A stretch of DNA of 64,000 nucleotides from Gammaproteobacteria bacterium (lineage in GTDB: Bacteria > Pseudomonadota > Gammaproteobacteria > Xanthomonadales > Xanthomonadaceae), in NCBI GenBank assembly GCA_031431355.1, contig JANPDF010000089.1, positions 1,490-65,489 of the forward strand, in the 5' to 3' direction. Shown piece after piece: positions 9,417-19,357 of the stretch. A model generated the notes under the pieces. That model saw only the letters and a list, made by a program, of their open reading frames with translations. It made no database searches and was not told the origin of the DNA. Made by a program: the position numbers and the translations under genes. Every line of letters starts with the position of its first letter. The first letter of the stretch is position 1.

Positions 9417-10702
9417 CCGAGCGCAGCGGCCTGCGTCGCAAGATCTGGGTCGCTTTCATCCTGCAGGCGGCGGCGATCAGCTTCGCGGCCGTACTCGGTG
9501 TGTATGGCGCGTCGGCTGTGCTCAAGCACCTGCTGATACAGCGCGCGCTGCAGCAGGAAGCGGCGCATTTCTGGTCGCGTCGCGAGGCGGATCCGGCGGC
9601 GGCGATGCCGGATACGTTCAATATGACTGGGTATCTGGTTGATGCTGGTGAAGCGGGAGCACTGCCGGAAACATTGCGGCCACTTCTACCTGGGTTCCAT
9701 AGCTTGCCAAGGGCAGTTGGCGGCTCATTGGTTTTGGTGGAGGATCGCGGCGGCCAACGCCTGTATCTGCTGTTCAAGCAGGAGCAGGTAGATTCGCTCG
9801 CCTTCTGGTTCGGCATGGCGCCGCTGGCGCTGGTGCTCGCGGTGGTCTACCTGATCGCCTGGACCACCTACCGCACCTCCAAGCGCGTCGTCTCGCCGAT
9901 CATCTGGCTGGCCAACCAGGTCAAGCTATGGGACCCGAAACGGCCCGATGCCAGCGCGCTACGCGCCGAGAACCTGCCGGTGGACGTCGAAGGTGAGACA
10001 CTGACGCTGGCGTCCTCGCTGCATGAATTCGCTTCCCGCATCGGAGAGTTCGTCGAGCGCGAGCACAACTTCACGCGTGATGCCTCGCATGAGCTGCGCA
10101 CGCCGCTGACGGTGATCCGGGTCGCAGGCGACATGATGGAGGCCGATCCTTCGCTGTCGCCCTCGGCGCGCCGCTCGCTGACCCGCATCCAGGGTGCGGG
10201 GCGCGACATGGAGGCGCTGATCGAGGCCTTCCTGATCCTTGCCCGCGAGGGCGACACCGGCCTGCCCGACGACGATTTCTCGGTCGGCGCGGTGGTGCGC
10301 GAGGAAATCGACAAGGCACAGCCCCTGCTCGGCGCGAAGCCGGTACAACTACGGCTGCAGCAGGATGCCGAACTGGCATTGCACGCGCCAGCCCGGGTTC
10401 TCTCGGTGATGCTGGGAAACCTGTTGCGCAACGCCTGCAACTACACCGAGCGCGGATCGATCACGGTCGACATCCGCAACGGCAGCGTCTCGGTCACCGA
10501 CACCGGCGTGGGCATGTCCGCCGATGAAGTTGCCCGCGCCTTCGATCCGTTCTTCCGCGGCGGCGATCGCCGCAGTGACGGCCAGGGCATCGGGCTGTCC
10601 ATCGTCCGTCGGCTTTCCGAGCGCTATGGGTGGCCGGTTCGGCTGGAAAGCGTGCCCGGGCAGGGAACCACGGCTACCATCAGCTTCCCTTCAGTGGCCT
10701 GA
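9413..10702 (+). CDS. Two-component sensor histidine kinase
   Basis: ATGA overlap with the regulator. Two TM segments, H-box 'SHELRTPLTVI', N-box 'LLRNACNYT', G-boxes 'DTGVGMS' and 'GQGIGLSIV'. Confidence 0.9.
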   Translation: MTERSGLRRKIWVAFILQAAAISFAAVLGVYGASAVLKHLLIQRALQQEAAHFWSRREADPAAAMPDTFNMTGYLVDAGEAGALPETLRPLLPGFHSLPRAVGGSLVLVEDRGGQRLYLLFKQEQVDSLAFWFGMAPLALVLAVVYLIAWTTYRTSKRVVSPIIWLANQVKLWDPKRPDASALRAENLPVDVEGETLTLASSLHEFASRIGEFVEREHNFTRDASHELRTPLTVIRVAGDMMEADPSLSPSARRSLTRIQGAGRDMEALIEAFLILAREGDTGLPDDDFSVGAVVREEIDKAQPLLGAKPVQLRLQQDAELALHAPARVLSVMLGNLLRNACNYTERGSITVDIRNGSVSVTDTGVGMSADEVARAFDPFFRGGDRRSDGQGIGLSIVRRLSERYGWPVRLESVPGQGTTATISFPSVA

Positions 10703-10807
10703 CCCGATGATGTCCGGCTTCACCCGGCCGAAGTCGGGGCGCAGGCCGGCCGATGGCCCGCCCCCGTGCCGACCGGTATCATGGCGCACCCAACACCGGA
10801 GCGGCCC

Positions 10808-11815
10808 ATGCTGCGCATTCTGGTACTCGTCCTAGCCTTGGTCCCCGCCATGCCCGCCCAGTCCAAATCCAGCAAGACCGCGTTAGTCATCCATGGTGGC
10901 GCCGGGGTGAGTTCGCGCCAGGAATTCACCGTCGAGGAAGTCATTGCCATCCGCAAGGATCTCGACCGCGCGCTCGATGCCGGCAATTCGGTGCTGAAGA
11001 GCGGAGGGGCCGCTATTGATGCGGTGTCCGCCGCGATCGTCGTGCTCGAGGATTCCCCTTGGTTCAACGCCGGCAAGGGCGCGGTATTCAATGCCAAGGG
11101 CGGCCACGAACTCGACGCATCGATCATGGAAGGCCATACCCGGCGCGCCGGCGCAGTGGCTGCGGTGACCACAGTAAAGAACCCGATCAAGCTGGCCCGC
11201 TCGGTGATGGAAAACTCCGAACACGTAATGCTGGCAGCGCAGGGCGCGGAGGAGTTCGCCGACACCAGGCCGGAAATCGAGCGGGTGGATCCGAAGTATT
11301 TCGATACCGAGCGGCGCTGGAAACAATTGCAGGACGCCAGGGCGCACGAGACCGCGCAGACCACGCATACGCTTCAGGGTACGTACTTCGGAACGGTTGG
11401 TGCGGTTGCGCTCGATGCGCAGGGCCATATTGCCGCCGCGACATCCACCGGCGGGATGACCAACAAACGGTTCGGGCGGGTCGGTGATTCGCCGATCATC
11501 GGCGCTGGTACCTATGCCGACGAACGTTGCGGGGTGTCCGGCACCGGATGGGGTGAGTTCTACATCCGCGCAGTGGTCGCGCAGGATATCTGCGCGCGCG
11601 TTGCCTATCGGGGCGACACGCTGGCAGTGGCCGCCGAGGAAGTCGTCAACGGCGTGGTGCCGCGCATGGGTGGCGACGGCGGGGCAATCGCGCTGGACAG
11701 GGATGGCAACATCGCCATGCCGTTCAACACTCTCGGAATGCACCGCGGCTGGATCAGCCCGGACGGAAAACGCGGGACCGCGATCTTCAAGGACGATCCT
11801 GACCTGGGCGACTGA
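10808..11815 (+). CDS. Isoaspartyl peptidase / L-asparaginase (Ntn-hydrolase, plant-type asparaginase family), exported
   Basis: Signal peptide '[19 protein letters not shown]', 'VIHGGAG', and the autoprocessing motif 'GTVGAVALD'. An alternative start is the ATG at 10781. Confidence 0.85.
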   Translation: MLRILVLVLALVPAMPAQSKSSKTALVIHGGAGVSSRQEFTVEEVIAIRKDLDRALDAGNSVLKSGGAAIDAVSAAIVVLEDSPWFNAGKGAVFNAKGGHELDASIMEGHTRRAGAVAAVTTVKNPIKLARSVMENSEHVMLAAQGAEEFADTRPEIERVDPKYFDTERRWKQLQDARAHETAQTTHTLQGTYFGTVGAVALDAQGHIAAATSTGGMTNKRFGRVGDSPIIGAGTYADERCGVSGTGWGEFYIRAVVAQDICARVAYRGDTLAVAAEEVVNGVVPRMGGDGGAIALDRDGNIAMPFNTLGMHRGWISPDGKRGTAIFKDDPDLGD

Positions 11816-11876
11816 GTCCCGGACCGCCCGGGGCTGTGTCAAAATAGCCGAATCATTCCGGCATCCAGAGCCCACC

Positions 11877-13382
11877 ATGCTGATTTTCGAGCAGTCCCAG
11901 CCCGGCCGCACCGCTTCCGCCCAACTGGCCAGCCCGACGGAAGCACCGGCCCTGCCAAAGCGCTTCCTTCGCGACACGCCGATCGGACTGCCGGAAGTCT
12001 CCGAACTGCAAGCGGTGCGCCACTACACCCAGTTGAGCCGCAAGAACTTCTCGATCGACACCAATTTTTACCCCCTTGGCTCGTGCACGATGAAGTACAA
12101 CCCGAGGGCCTGCCATTCGATCGCGCTGATGGATGGCTTCGTCGGCCGCCATCCGTACGCGCCCGAGTCACTGAGCCAGGGTTTCCTGGCCTGCATGCAC
12201 GACCTGCAGGAAATCCTCGCCGACGTCACCGGCATGAAAGGCGGCGTGTCGCTGTCGCCGATGGCGGGCGCGCAAGGCGAATTCGCCGGCGTCGCCATGA
12301 TCATGGCCTACCACCGTTCGCGCGGCGATCTTGAACGCACCGAGATCATCGTTCCCGACGCGGCACACGGCACCAACCCGGCGACAGCCGTGATGTGCGG
12401 CTGCACGGTCCGCGAAATTCCGACCAATTCGGAAGGCGATATTGATGTTGATGCATTGAAGGCAGTACTGGGTCCGAAAACTGCCGGAATCATGCTCACC
12501 AACCCCAGCACTATTGGTGTCTTCGAAAGGCGCATCGTCGAGATTTCCAGACTCGTGCACGAGGCCGGCGGCCTGCTGTACTACGACGGCGCCAACCTCA
12601 ACGCCATCCTCGGCAAGGTCCGCCCGGGCGACATGGGCTTCGACGCCATCCACATGAACCTGCACAAGACCTTCTCGACGCCGCACGGCGGCGGTGGTCC
12701 GGGCGCCGGCGCCGTTGGCGTCAGTGAGCGCCTGAAGCCATTCCTGCCGGTGCCGCTGGTGGTCCGCGACGGCGATCGCTTCCGCCAGGCCAGCTATGCC
12801 GACCTGCCGCAGACTATCGGCCAGTTGTCGGCCTTCGGCGGCAACGCGGGCGTGTTGATCCGCGCCTACGTGTACGCGCGCCTGCTCGGCCGCGAAGGCA
12901 TGACCCGGGTCGGCGAGTTCGCCACGCTCAATGCCAATTACCTGGCGGTGCGCCTGAAGGAAAAGGGTTTCGACCTCGCCTATCCGAAGCGCCGCGCGTC
13001 GCACGAGTTCATCGTGACCGTGCAGCGCCAGAAGAAGGAGAACGGCATCACCGCACTCGATTTCTCCAAATCGCTGCTCGACTACGGCATCCACGCGCCG
13101 ACCAACTACTTCCCGCTGCTGGTGCCTGAGTGCTTGCTGATCGAGCCGACCGAGACCGAAAGCAAGGACGTGCTCGACCAGTTCGTCGAAGTGATGGGCG
13201 AACTGCTCGGCAAGGCCGCCAACGATCCTGCCTGGATGAAGTCCGCGCCCTACACGACGCCGGTCCGGCGCCTGGACGACGTCAAGGCCGCCAAGGACCT
13301 CGACCTGTCCTACGTGCCGCCGCAAGTGACTCCGGACGCGGCGCCGAGCGAGCTGTTTGCCGGTGAGCCTGCGCACATCTGA
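11877..13382 (+). CDS. gcvPB: Glycine dehydrogenase (aminomethyl-transferring) subunit 2, GcvPB
   Basis: 501 aa. '[11 protein letters not shown]' and the PLP-Lys region '[16 protein letters not shown]'. The N-terminus 'MLIFEQS' is typical of GcvPB. Confidence 0.9.
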   Translation: MLIFEQSQPGRTASAQLASPTEAPALPKRFLRDTPIGLPEVSELQAVRHYTQLSRKNFSIDTNFYPLGSCTMKYNPRACHSIALMDGFVGRHPYAPESLSQGFLACMHDLQEILADVTGMKGGVSLSPMAGAQGEFAGVAMIMAYHRSRGDLERTEIIVPDAAHGTNPATAVMCGCTVREIPTNSEGDIDVDALKAVLGPKTAGIMLTNPSTIGVFERRIVEISRLVHEAGGLLYYDGANLNAILGKVRPGDMGFDAIHMNLHKTFSTPHGGGGPGAGAVGVSERLKPFLPVPLVVRDGDRFRQASYADLPQTIGQLSAFGGNAGVLIRAYVYARLLGREGMTRVGEFATLNANYLAVRLKEKGFDLAYPKRRASHEFIVTVQRQKKENGITALDFSKSLLDYGIHAPTNYFPLLVPECLLIEPTETESKDVLDQFVEVMGELLGKAANDPAWMKSAPYTTPVRRLDDVKAAKDLDLSYVPPQVTPDAAPSELFAGEPAHI

Positions 13383-13768
13383 TGGCCGACAGCACGGGTA
13401 GCCACGCGCCGCGCAGTCCGTTCAGGGCCTGGCAGGCATTCATCTGGTCGCTGCAGGGTCTGCGCGCCACCTGGGCGGTGGAGTCCTCCTTCCGGCTCGA
13501 GGTGTACCTGTTCGTCGTGCTGGCGCCGATCGCCGTCTGGCTTGGCGGCAGTGGCGTCGAGCGCGCGATCCTGATCGGCTCGATGATGGTGGTATTGATC
13601 GTGGAAGTGCTCAACTCGGCTCTGGAGGCGGTCGTGGATCGCTGGGGCCCGGAACACAACGAGTTGGCGGGCCGCGCGAAGGACATGGGTTCAGCCGCGG
13701 TTTTTCTCTCGGACCTTAACGTCCTGGCGTGCTGGGCCCTGGTGCTCGTCCCACGGTTGATGGGCTAG
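13382..13768 (+). CDS. dgkA: Diacylglycerol kinase DgkA
   Basis: 128 aa with three TM helices and motif 'EVLNSALEAVVDR...AKD.GSAAV'. The start overlaps the gcvPB stop (TGATG). Confidence 0.9.
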   Translation: MADSTGSHAPRSPFRAWQAFIWSLQGLRATWAVESSFRLEVYLFVVLAPIAVWLGGSGVERAILIGSMMVVLIVEVLNSALEAVVDRWGPEHNELAGRAKDMGSAAVFLSDLNVLACWALVLVPRLMG

Positions 13769-13775
13769 AAAACGC

Positions 13776-14501
13776 ATGGAATGGATCTTCAACAGCGAAA
13801 TCTGGGTTGCCTTGTTCACGCTGGCGACGCTCGAGATCGTGCTGGGCATCGACAATCTGGTATTCATCTCCATCGCAGTCAGCCGGCTAGCGCCTGAGCG
13901 GCGCCCGGCGGCGCGGCGCTTCGGGCTGATGCTGGCATGCGTCACCCGGATCCTGCTGCTACTGTCGCTGACCTTGCTGGCGCGCATGCAGGTCAACCTG
14001 TTTTCGCTGCTTGGACAGAATTTTTCCGTTCGCGACCTGGTGCTGATCGGCGGCGGCTTGTTCCTGCTGGTCAAGGGGACCATGGAAATCCACGATGCGG
14101 TCGAGGGCCGCGGCGAGGACGAGGACATCGACACCAAGCCGTCGGCCGTGTTCGGCTACGTCATTGCCCAGATCGCGGTGATCGACATTGTGTTTTCGCT
14201 CGATTCGGTGATCACCGCGATCGGCATGGTCAACCACATCGGCGTGATGGTCGCCGCGATCATGATCGCCGTGGCGGTGATGATGTTCGCATCGAACCTG
14301 ATCGGCGACTTCATCGACCGCAATCCGACCATCAAGATGCTCGCGCTGGCCTTCATCATCCTGGTCGGCGTGGCGCTGATCGCCGATGGCTTCGAGATCC
14401 ACATCGAACGCAAGCTGCTCTATTTCGCCATGGCGTTCTCGGCCGCGGTGGAGTCGCTGAATATCCTGGCCAAGCGGCGGGCAAAGCGCTTCGGAGACTG
14501 A
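13776..14501 (+). CDS. TerC-family integral membrane protein
   Basis: 241 aa, polytopic, with TerC signature '[13 protein letters not shown]' and a second repeat '[15 protein letters not shown]'. Confidence 0.85.
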   Translation: MEWIFNSEIWVALFTLATLEIVLGIDNLVFISIAVSRLAPERRPAARRFGLMLACVTRILLLLSLTLLARMQVNLFSLLGQNFSVRDLVLIGGGLFLLVKGTMEIHDAVEGRGEDEDIDTKPSAVFGYVIAQIAVIDIVFSLDSVITAIGMVNHIGVMVAAIMIAVAVMMFASNLIGDFIDRNPTIKMLALAFIILVGVALIADGFEIHIERKLLYFAMAFSAAVESLNILAKRRAKRFGD

Positions 14502-14514
14502 GCCGGCCGACCCC

Positions 14515-15381
14515 ATGACAGTCCTGCACGACATCAACCCGGTCGCCATCCCGCTGCCGTTCTGGCCGCATGGCATCCACTGGTATGGGTTGATGTACCT
14601 GCTCGGGTTCGGCGTTGCCTGGTGGCTTGGTCGCCGTAGAATTCGCGCCGGCCGCCTGCCCGGCGTCGACGAGAATGGCTTCGGAGACCTGTTGTTCTAC
14701 GGCATGCTCGGCGTCGTGCTCGGCGGCCGGGTCGGCTACGTGTTCTTCTACGCGTTCAAGGAATTCCTGGCCGACCCCTTGTTCCTGTTGCGGATCAACG
14801 AGGGTGGCATGAGTTTCCACGGCGGTCTGATCGGCGTGATGATTGCCGCGCTGTGGTGGTCGCGATCGCGGCGCCTGCACTTCTTCGACACCATGGATTT
14901 CGTTGCACCGCTGGTTCCCGCCGGTCTTGGCTTCGGCCGCCTCGGCAACTACGTGGGCGGCGAGCTTTGGGGCAAGCTGACCGGCGACCACTGGGGCGTG
15001 ATTTTTCCGCGCGACGACCTTGGCGCCTATACCGGCCTTGCCATGGAAGACTTGCGCCGCCTGCACGCCAGCGGCGCGCTGGACCAGTACGCGCGGCATC
15101 CCTCGCAGCTCTACCAGGCGGCCCTGGAGGGACTGGTCATGTTCGCCGTGCTGGTCTGGTATTCGCGCAAGCCCAGACCGCGCTACGCGGTGTCCGGATT
15201 GTTCGCGCTGCTGTACGGAGCCTTCCGATTCCTGGTCGAGTTCGTTCGCGTCCCCGACCAGCAGTTGGGCTACCTGGCATTCGGATGGCTGACCATGGGA
15301 CAGGTCCTGTCGCTGCCTCTGGTAGCGATCGGACTGCTGCTGCTGTGGCTCTCGCGGAGGCAACATGCGCCAATACCTTGA
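14515..15381 (+). CDS. lgt: Prolipoprotein diacylglyceryl transferase Lgt
   Basis: 'HWYGLMY', '[11 protein letters not shown]', '[13 protein letters not shown]'. Shows the lgt-thyA synteny seen in E. coli. Confidence 0.95.
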   Translation: MTVLHDINPVAIPLPFWPHGIHWYGLMYLLGFGVAWWLGRRRIRAGRLPGVDENGFGDLLFYGMLGVVLGGRVGYVFFYAFKEFLADPLFLLRINEGGMSFHGGLIGVMIAALWWSRSRRLHFFDTMDFVAPLVPAGLGFGRLGNYVGGELWGKLTGDHWGVIFPRDDLGAYTGLAMEDLRRLHASGALDQYARHPSQLYQAALEGLVMFAVLVWYSRKPRPRYAVSGLFALLYGAFRFLVEFVRVPDQQLGYLAFGWLTMGQVLSLPLVAIGLLLLWLSRRQHAPIP

Positions 15382-16159
15382 CCTGCTGGCCGACGTCCTC
15401 GAGAACGGCACCGACAAGTCGGACCGGACCGGAACCGGCACGCGCTCTCTGTTCGGACGCCAGCTGCGCTTCGACCTGCGCCAGGGATTTCCGCTGGTCA
15501 CCACCAAGAAACTGCACCTGCGCTCGATCGTCCACGAGCTGCTCTGGTTCCTGCAGGGCGACACCAACATCGCCTACCTCAAGGAAAACAAGGTCGGCAT
15601 CTGGGATGAGTGGGCGGATGCCGACGGCAACCTGGGGCCGGTCTACGGCAAGCAGTGGCGGCGATGGAGCGGGCCGGACGGCGTGGAAATCGACCAGATG
15701 CAATGGCTGGTCGATGAGATAAAGCGCAATCCGGATTCACGACGACTGATCGTCAGCGCATGGAATGTCGCCGACCTGCCGAAGATGGCGCTGATGCCTT
15801 GCCACGCGATGTTCCAGTTCTACGTCGCCGATGGCAGGCTGAGTTGCCAGCTCTACCAGCGCTCCGCCGATATCTTCCTGGGCGTGCCGTTCAACACCGC
15901 AAGCTACGCATTGCTGACGCACATGGTCGCGCAGGTCTGCGAGCTTGGCGTCGGCGACTTCGTGCATACGTTTGGCGACGTCCACCTGTACTCCAACCAT
16001 TTCGACCAGGCACGCGAGCAACTCTCGCGCACGCCGGGCGCCTTGCCCGTGTTGCAGCTTGATCCGGCAATCAGGGACCTGTTCGCCTTCCGGGCCGGGC
16101 ACGTGGCGATCCAGGGCTACGCGCCGCATGCCGCCATCAAGGCTCCGGTCGCCGTTTGA
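15365..16159 (+). CDS. thyA: Thymidylate synthase ThyA
   Basis: 264 aa. 'MRQYLDLL', 'DRTGTGT', and the catalytic Cys in '[12 protein letters not shown]'. Confidence 0.97.
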   Translation: MRQYLDLLADVLENGTDKSDRTGTGTRSLFGRQLRFDLRQGFPLVTTKKLHLRSIVHELLWFLQGDTNIAYLKENKVGIWDEWADADGNLGPVYGKQWRRWSGPDGVEIDQMQWLVDEIKRNPDSRRLIVSAWNVADLPKMALMPCHAMFQFYVADGRLSCQLYQRSADIFLGVPFNTASYALLTHMVAQVCELGVGDFVHTFGDVHLYSNHFDQAREQLSRTPGALPVLQLDPAIRDLFAFRAGHVAIQGYAPHAAIKAPVAV

Positions 16160-16182
16160 AACATGCACCGAGGGAGCATCCA

Positions 16183-16803
16183 ATGAAACGACAACTACTC
16201 GTCATTACCCGGCTTGCCGGGCCAGTCCTGTTGCTGGGCCTGCTTGCCGGATGCAGCTGGTTCCCATGGCGAAAGGACAAACCTGCGGCGGCTTCCGCGA
16301 GCACGGTCACTGCGGCGGAAATTGCCTCGGCCACTGCCGACGCCAGCGATACCCAGGCCGCCGCAGCGCTGGCGCTGGATTTCTACGAGATGCATCAGCG
16401 CCTGGGCAATAGCGGCTTGCCTGAAGCCGGCGAGATGAATGCCTACAGCGCGTTCCTCTGCTCGAACCTGGCGACGCTGGTTGCCGGCGCCCAGGAGCGC
16501 CAGAAACAGTATCGGCTTGCCCATCCCGACGACAAGCCGCCGCTGGTTGAAGGCGACCTCTTCAGCAGCCTTTTCGAGGGCCCCGATTCGGTGCGGACGG
16601 CCGGCACTGCAGTGGATGGCGACACCGCCGAAGTGATCATGGCGATGCAGGCTGGAAGCGGAGAACACCAGACGCGCTGGAAGGACACCTTGCTGCTCGC
16701 GCGCAATGACGGCGTCTGGTGCGTTGACGACGTCGAGTACCACGGCGACTGGCAGTTCGCCAACAAGGGCCGACTGAGCGAGAGCCTGAGGGCGGAATTC
16801 TGA
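16183..16803 (+). CDS. Lipoprotein of unknown function (possibly DUF3828-like)
   Basis: SD 'GAGGGAG' precedes the ATG at 16183. Lipobox 'LLAGC'. Sits between thyA and folA with no spacer on the folA side. Confidence 0.7.
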   Translation: MKRQLLVITRLAGPVLLLGLLAGCSWFPWRKDKPAAASASTVTAAEIASATADASDTQAAAALALDFYEMHQRLGNSGLPEAGEMNAYSAFLCSNLATLVAGAQERQKQYRLAHPDDKPPLVEGDLFSSLFEGPDSVRTAGTAVDGDTAEVIMAMQAGSGEHQTRWKDTLLLARNDGVWCVDDVEYHGDWQFANKGRLSESLRAEF

Positions 16804-17300
16804 GCGCTGGCAGCGCGCGTATTGCGCTGGTCGCTGCGCTTGATCGCTGCCGCGCGATCGGCCGCGGACAGCAGTTGCCCTGGCATCTGCCCGATGACCT
16901 CAAGCGCTTCAAGGCGCTGACGCTCGGCAAGCCGGTGATGATGGGACGCAAGACCGCAGAGGCGATCGGCCGCGCCTTGCCTGGCCGTCGCAACCTGGTG
17001 CTCTCGCGCTCGGGCGCGGCGCTGTTTCCCGGCATGCAATGCGTCCGCACGCTCGCCGACTGCCTGGCGCTGGTCGCGGGCGAGGAATTGATGGTCATTG
17101 GCGGCGGCGAGATTTACGCCTTGTTCCTGCCGCTGGCGGACACGCTGCACCTGACACACGTTGACACCCAGGTCGTCGGCGCCGACGCCTTCTTTCCGGC
17201 GTTCGATGAATCGCGATGGGAGGTTGTCGAGCGCAGCGCGCATCCGGCCGATGGCCGACACGCACTCGCATTCGAGTTCGTCGACTACAAGTTGCGCTGA
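16800..17300 (+). CDS. folA: Dihydrofolate reductase FolA (start must be non-canonical; CTG at 16800 proposed)
   Basis: DHFR motifs 'IALVAALDRCRAIG..QLPWHLPDDLKRFKALTLGKPVMMGRKT' and 'VIGGGEIY'. The conserved N-terminal strand lies upstream of the first ATG/GTG/TTG (16875). The in-frame stop is at 16725-16727. SD 'GAGGG' (16788-16792) lies 7 nt before the CTG at 16800. Confidence 0.85.
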   Translation: MSAGSARIALVAALDRCRAIGRGQQLPWHLPDDLKRFKALTLGKPVMMGRKTAEAIGRALPGRRNLVLSRSGAALFPGMQCVRTLADCLALVAGEELMVIGGGEIYALFLPLADTLHLTHVDTQVVGADAFFPAFDESRWEVVERSAHPADGRHALAFEFVDYKLR

Positions 17301-17312
17301 GCGCGCTTGTTG

Positions 17313-18158
17313 TCAGCCCGCGCGGCGGACTTCGTTGGCCGGGACCTCGCGACCGGGTACCTGGAGCAGGCGCAATTCCTGGCCCAGTTCGAGCGCAGTC
17401 AGCTTGCCGCCCCAGACAGCGCCGGTATCAATTCCGTAGATACCCAGGCCCATGAACAATCCAAGCGTGGACCAGTGTCCGCAAACGACGGGAAGCTCGC
17501 GCGGCGCGTGGCCGGGAACGTCGAACCACGGATACAGTCCTGGCTTCTGGGTGCCCGGGCGACCCTTTTCCTCGAAGCCGATGCGCCCGTTCGGCGTGCA
17601 ATAGCGCATCCGCGTGAAGATGTTGACGATCGCGCGAAAGCGATCGGGACCGGTCAGCTTCGGGTTCCAGACCGGCTTGTCGCCGTACATGTTGCGCAGC
17701 AGCTTGCGGAAGCCCTCGCCACGCAACTGGTCTTCGGCTTCGCGCGCGCGCGCTTCGGCGATCTTGATCGTCCACTTCGGCGCGAAGCCGGCGTGGACCA
17801 TTGCGAACCCGAGCGCGCGGTCGACGTGGAACAGCTTCTGCTGGCGCAACCAGTCGACCAGCACGTCACGGTCAGGCGCGAACAGCACTCGCCGAAGGTC
17901 CGGATTGACCTTGGCCTGGTCGGCTTCCGCACGTTGCGCGATTGCCAGCAACGACAGGTCGTGGTTGCCGAGCACGACTGTGCTGTGGATGGACAGGGAA
18001 TGGACCAGCCGCAACGCCTCGAGCGACTGGCCGCCCCGGTTGACCAGGTCGCCGCAGAACCACAGGCGGTCCTTGGCGGGGTCGAAGCGCAGTTTTTCCA
18101 GCAAGCGCTGCAGGGCGTCGTAGCAGCCCTGGATGTCGCCGATCGCGTAGGTAGCCAT
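17313..18158 (-). CDS. apaH: Bis(5'-nucleosyl)-tetraphosphatase, symmetrical, ApaH
   Basis: Metallophosphatase motifs 'GDIQGCYD', 'GDLVNRG', 'GNHD'. ATGA overlap with apaG. Confidence 0.95.
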   Translation of the reverse strand: MATYAIGDIQGCYDALQRLLEKLRFDPAKDRLWFCGDLVNRGGQSLEALRLVHSLSIHSTVVLGNHDLSLLAIAQRAEADQAKVNPDLRRVLFAPDRDVLVDWLRQQKLFHVDRALGFAMVHAGFAPKWTIKIAEARAREAEDQLRGEGFRKLLRNMYGDKPVWNPKLTGPDRFRAIVNIFTRMRYCTPNGRIGFEEKGRPGTQKPGLYPWFDVPGHAPRELPVVCGHWSTLGLFMGLGIYGIDTGAVWGGKLTALELGQELRLLQVPGREVPANEVRRAG

Positions 18159-18538
18159 CAGTGCAGCGTCCGCGGCACGCACAGCGTGAACGGCGCGATG
18201 CTGGCGTCGAACTCGGTGCCATCGTCGGCAAGCATCTGGTAGCTGCCCTGCATGGTCCCCATGCCCGTCTCGAGCACGGCGCCGGAGGTGTACTCGAAGT
18301 CCTCGCCGGGGCGCAGCCAGGGCTGTTCGCCGACCACGCCGTCGCCCTTCACTTCCTGCACCTTGCCGTTGCCGTCGGTGATCAGCCAATGCCGGCTGAT
18401 CAGCCGGGCAGGCACCTGCCCGCTGTTGTGGATGCGGATGGTGTAGGCGAAGACAAAGCGGCCATCCTCCGGCGTGGACTGCTCGGGCAGGAAACGGCTG
18501 TGGACGTTGACGTCGATGGCATGCGTAGGGGCGGTCAT
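18158..18538 (-). CDS. apaG: ApaG (DUF525) protein
   Basis: 126 aa with 'FAYTIRI.N.G', 'RHW.ITD' and 'G.GVVG.QP'. Conserved position between rsmA and apaH. Confidence 0.95.
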   Translation of the reverse strand: MTAPTHAIDVNVHSRFLPEQSTPEDGRFVFAYTIRIHNSGQVPARLISRHWLITDGNGKVQEVKGDGVVGEQPWLRPGEDFEYTSGAVLETGMGTMQGSYQMLADDGTEFDASIAPFTLCVPRTLH

Positions 18539-18547
18539 GTGCCCATT

Positions 18548-19357
18548 TTACGGAAGTTCCGTCGCGCCCGGGTTAGCCGACAGATAGTTGGACAGATTGA
18601 TGAACTCGGCCACCGCCACCTGTTCGGCGCGCAAGTCGGGGCGCAGGCCCGAGGCGCTGATCTGCTCGGCGCTGCACACTGCCTGGACCGCGTTGCGCAG
18701 GGTCTTGCGCCGTTGCCCGAACGCGTCACGGACCAGCCGTTCGAACAGCGCAGGATCGGCGATTCCGACCGCGGATGCCGGCTTGGGCAGCAGCCGAACC
18801 ACTGCCGAGTCCACCTTCGGCGGTGGCCGGAACGCCGCCGGCCCGACCACGAACAGGGGCACCACGTCGCAGACTGCCTGCAGCATCACGCTGAGCCGGC
18901 CATAGACCTTGCTGCCGGGCGCCGCCGCCATCCGGTCGACCACTTCCTTCTGCAGCATGAAATGCATGTCGATGATCGCCTCGGCATGCTCCAGCACATG
19001 GAACAGGATCGGCGTGGAGATGTTGTAGGGCAGGTTACCGACCAGCCGGACCCGCTGCTCGCCCGCGAGCTTGCCAAAGTCCACCTTCAGTACGTCCTTG
19101 TGCACGATGGTCAGGTCGCCCAGTCCGTGCGCCGCCTCGGACAAGGGCGTGATCAGGTCGCGGTCGAATTCGATTACCGTCAACGCGCCATGCCGTGAGA
19201 GCAGCGGAAAGGTGATGGCGCCCTGGCCCGGACCGATCTCGACCAGCATGTCCCCGGGTTGCGGTGACACCGCCAGCACGATCTTCTCGATCACGCTGCG
19301 GTCGTGCAGGAAGTGCTGGCCAAGCTGCTTCTTCGGCGGTTCCTTGAAATGGCTCAT
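18548..19357 (-). CDS. rsmA: 16S rRNA (adenine1518/1519-N6)-dimethyltransferase RsmA/KsgA
   Basis: 'LGQHFL', SAM motif 'VEIGPGQGAIT', and 'GNLPYNISTPIL'. Confidence 0.95.
   Translation of the reverse strand: MSHFKEPPKKQLGQHFLHDRSVIEKIVLAVSPQPGDMLVEIGPGQGAITFPLLSRHGALTVIEFDRDLITPLSEAAHGLGDLTIVHKDVLKVDFGKLAGEQRVRLVGNLPYNISTPILFHVLEHAEAIIDMHFMLQKEVVDRMAAAPGSKVYGRLSVMLQAVCDVVPLFVVGPAAFRPPPKVDSAVVRLLPKPASAVGIADPALFERLVRDAFGQRRKTLRNAVQAVCSAEQISASGLRPDLRAEQVAVAEFINLSNYLSANPGATELP

Noticed and set aside
11816-11876. Possible glycine riboswitch upstream of gcvPB.
   Set aside because: The 61-nt spacer is too short and lacks the conserved glycine-aptamer sequences.
13769-13775. Possible yybP-ykoY (Mn) riboswitch upstream of the TerC-family gene.
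   Set aside because: Only 7 nt separate it from dgkA, so there is no room for an aptamer.
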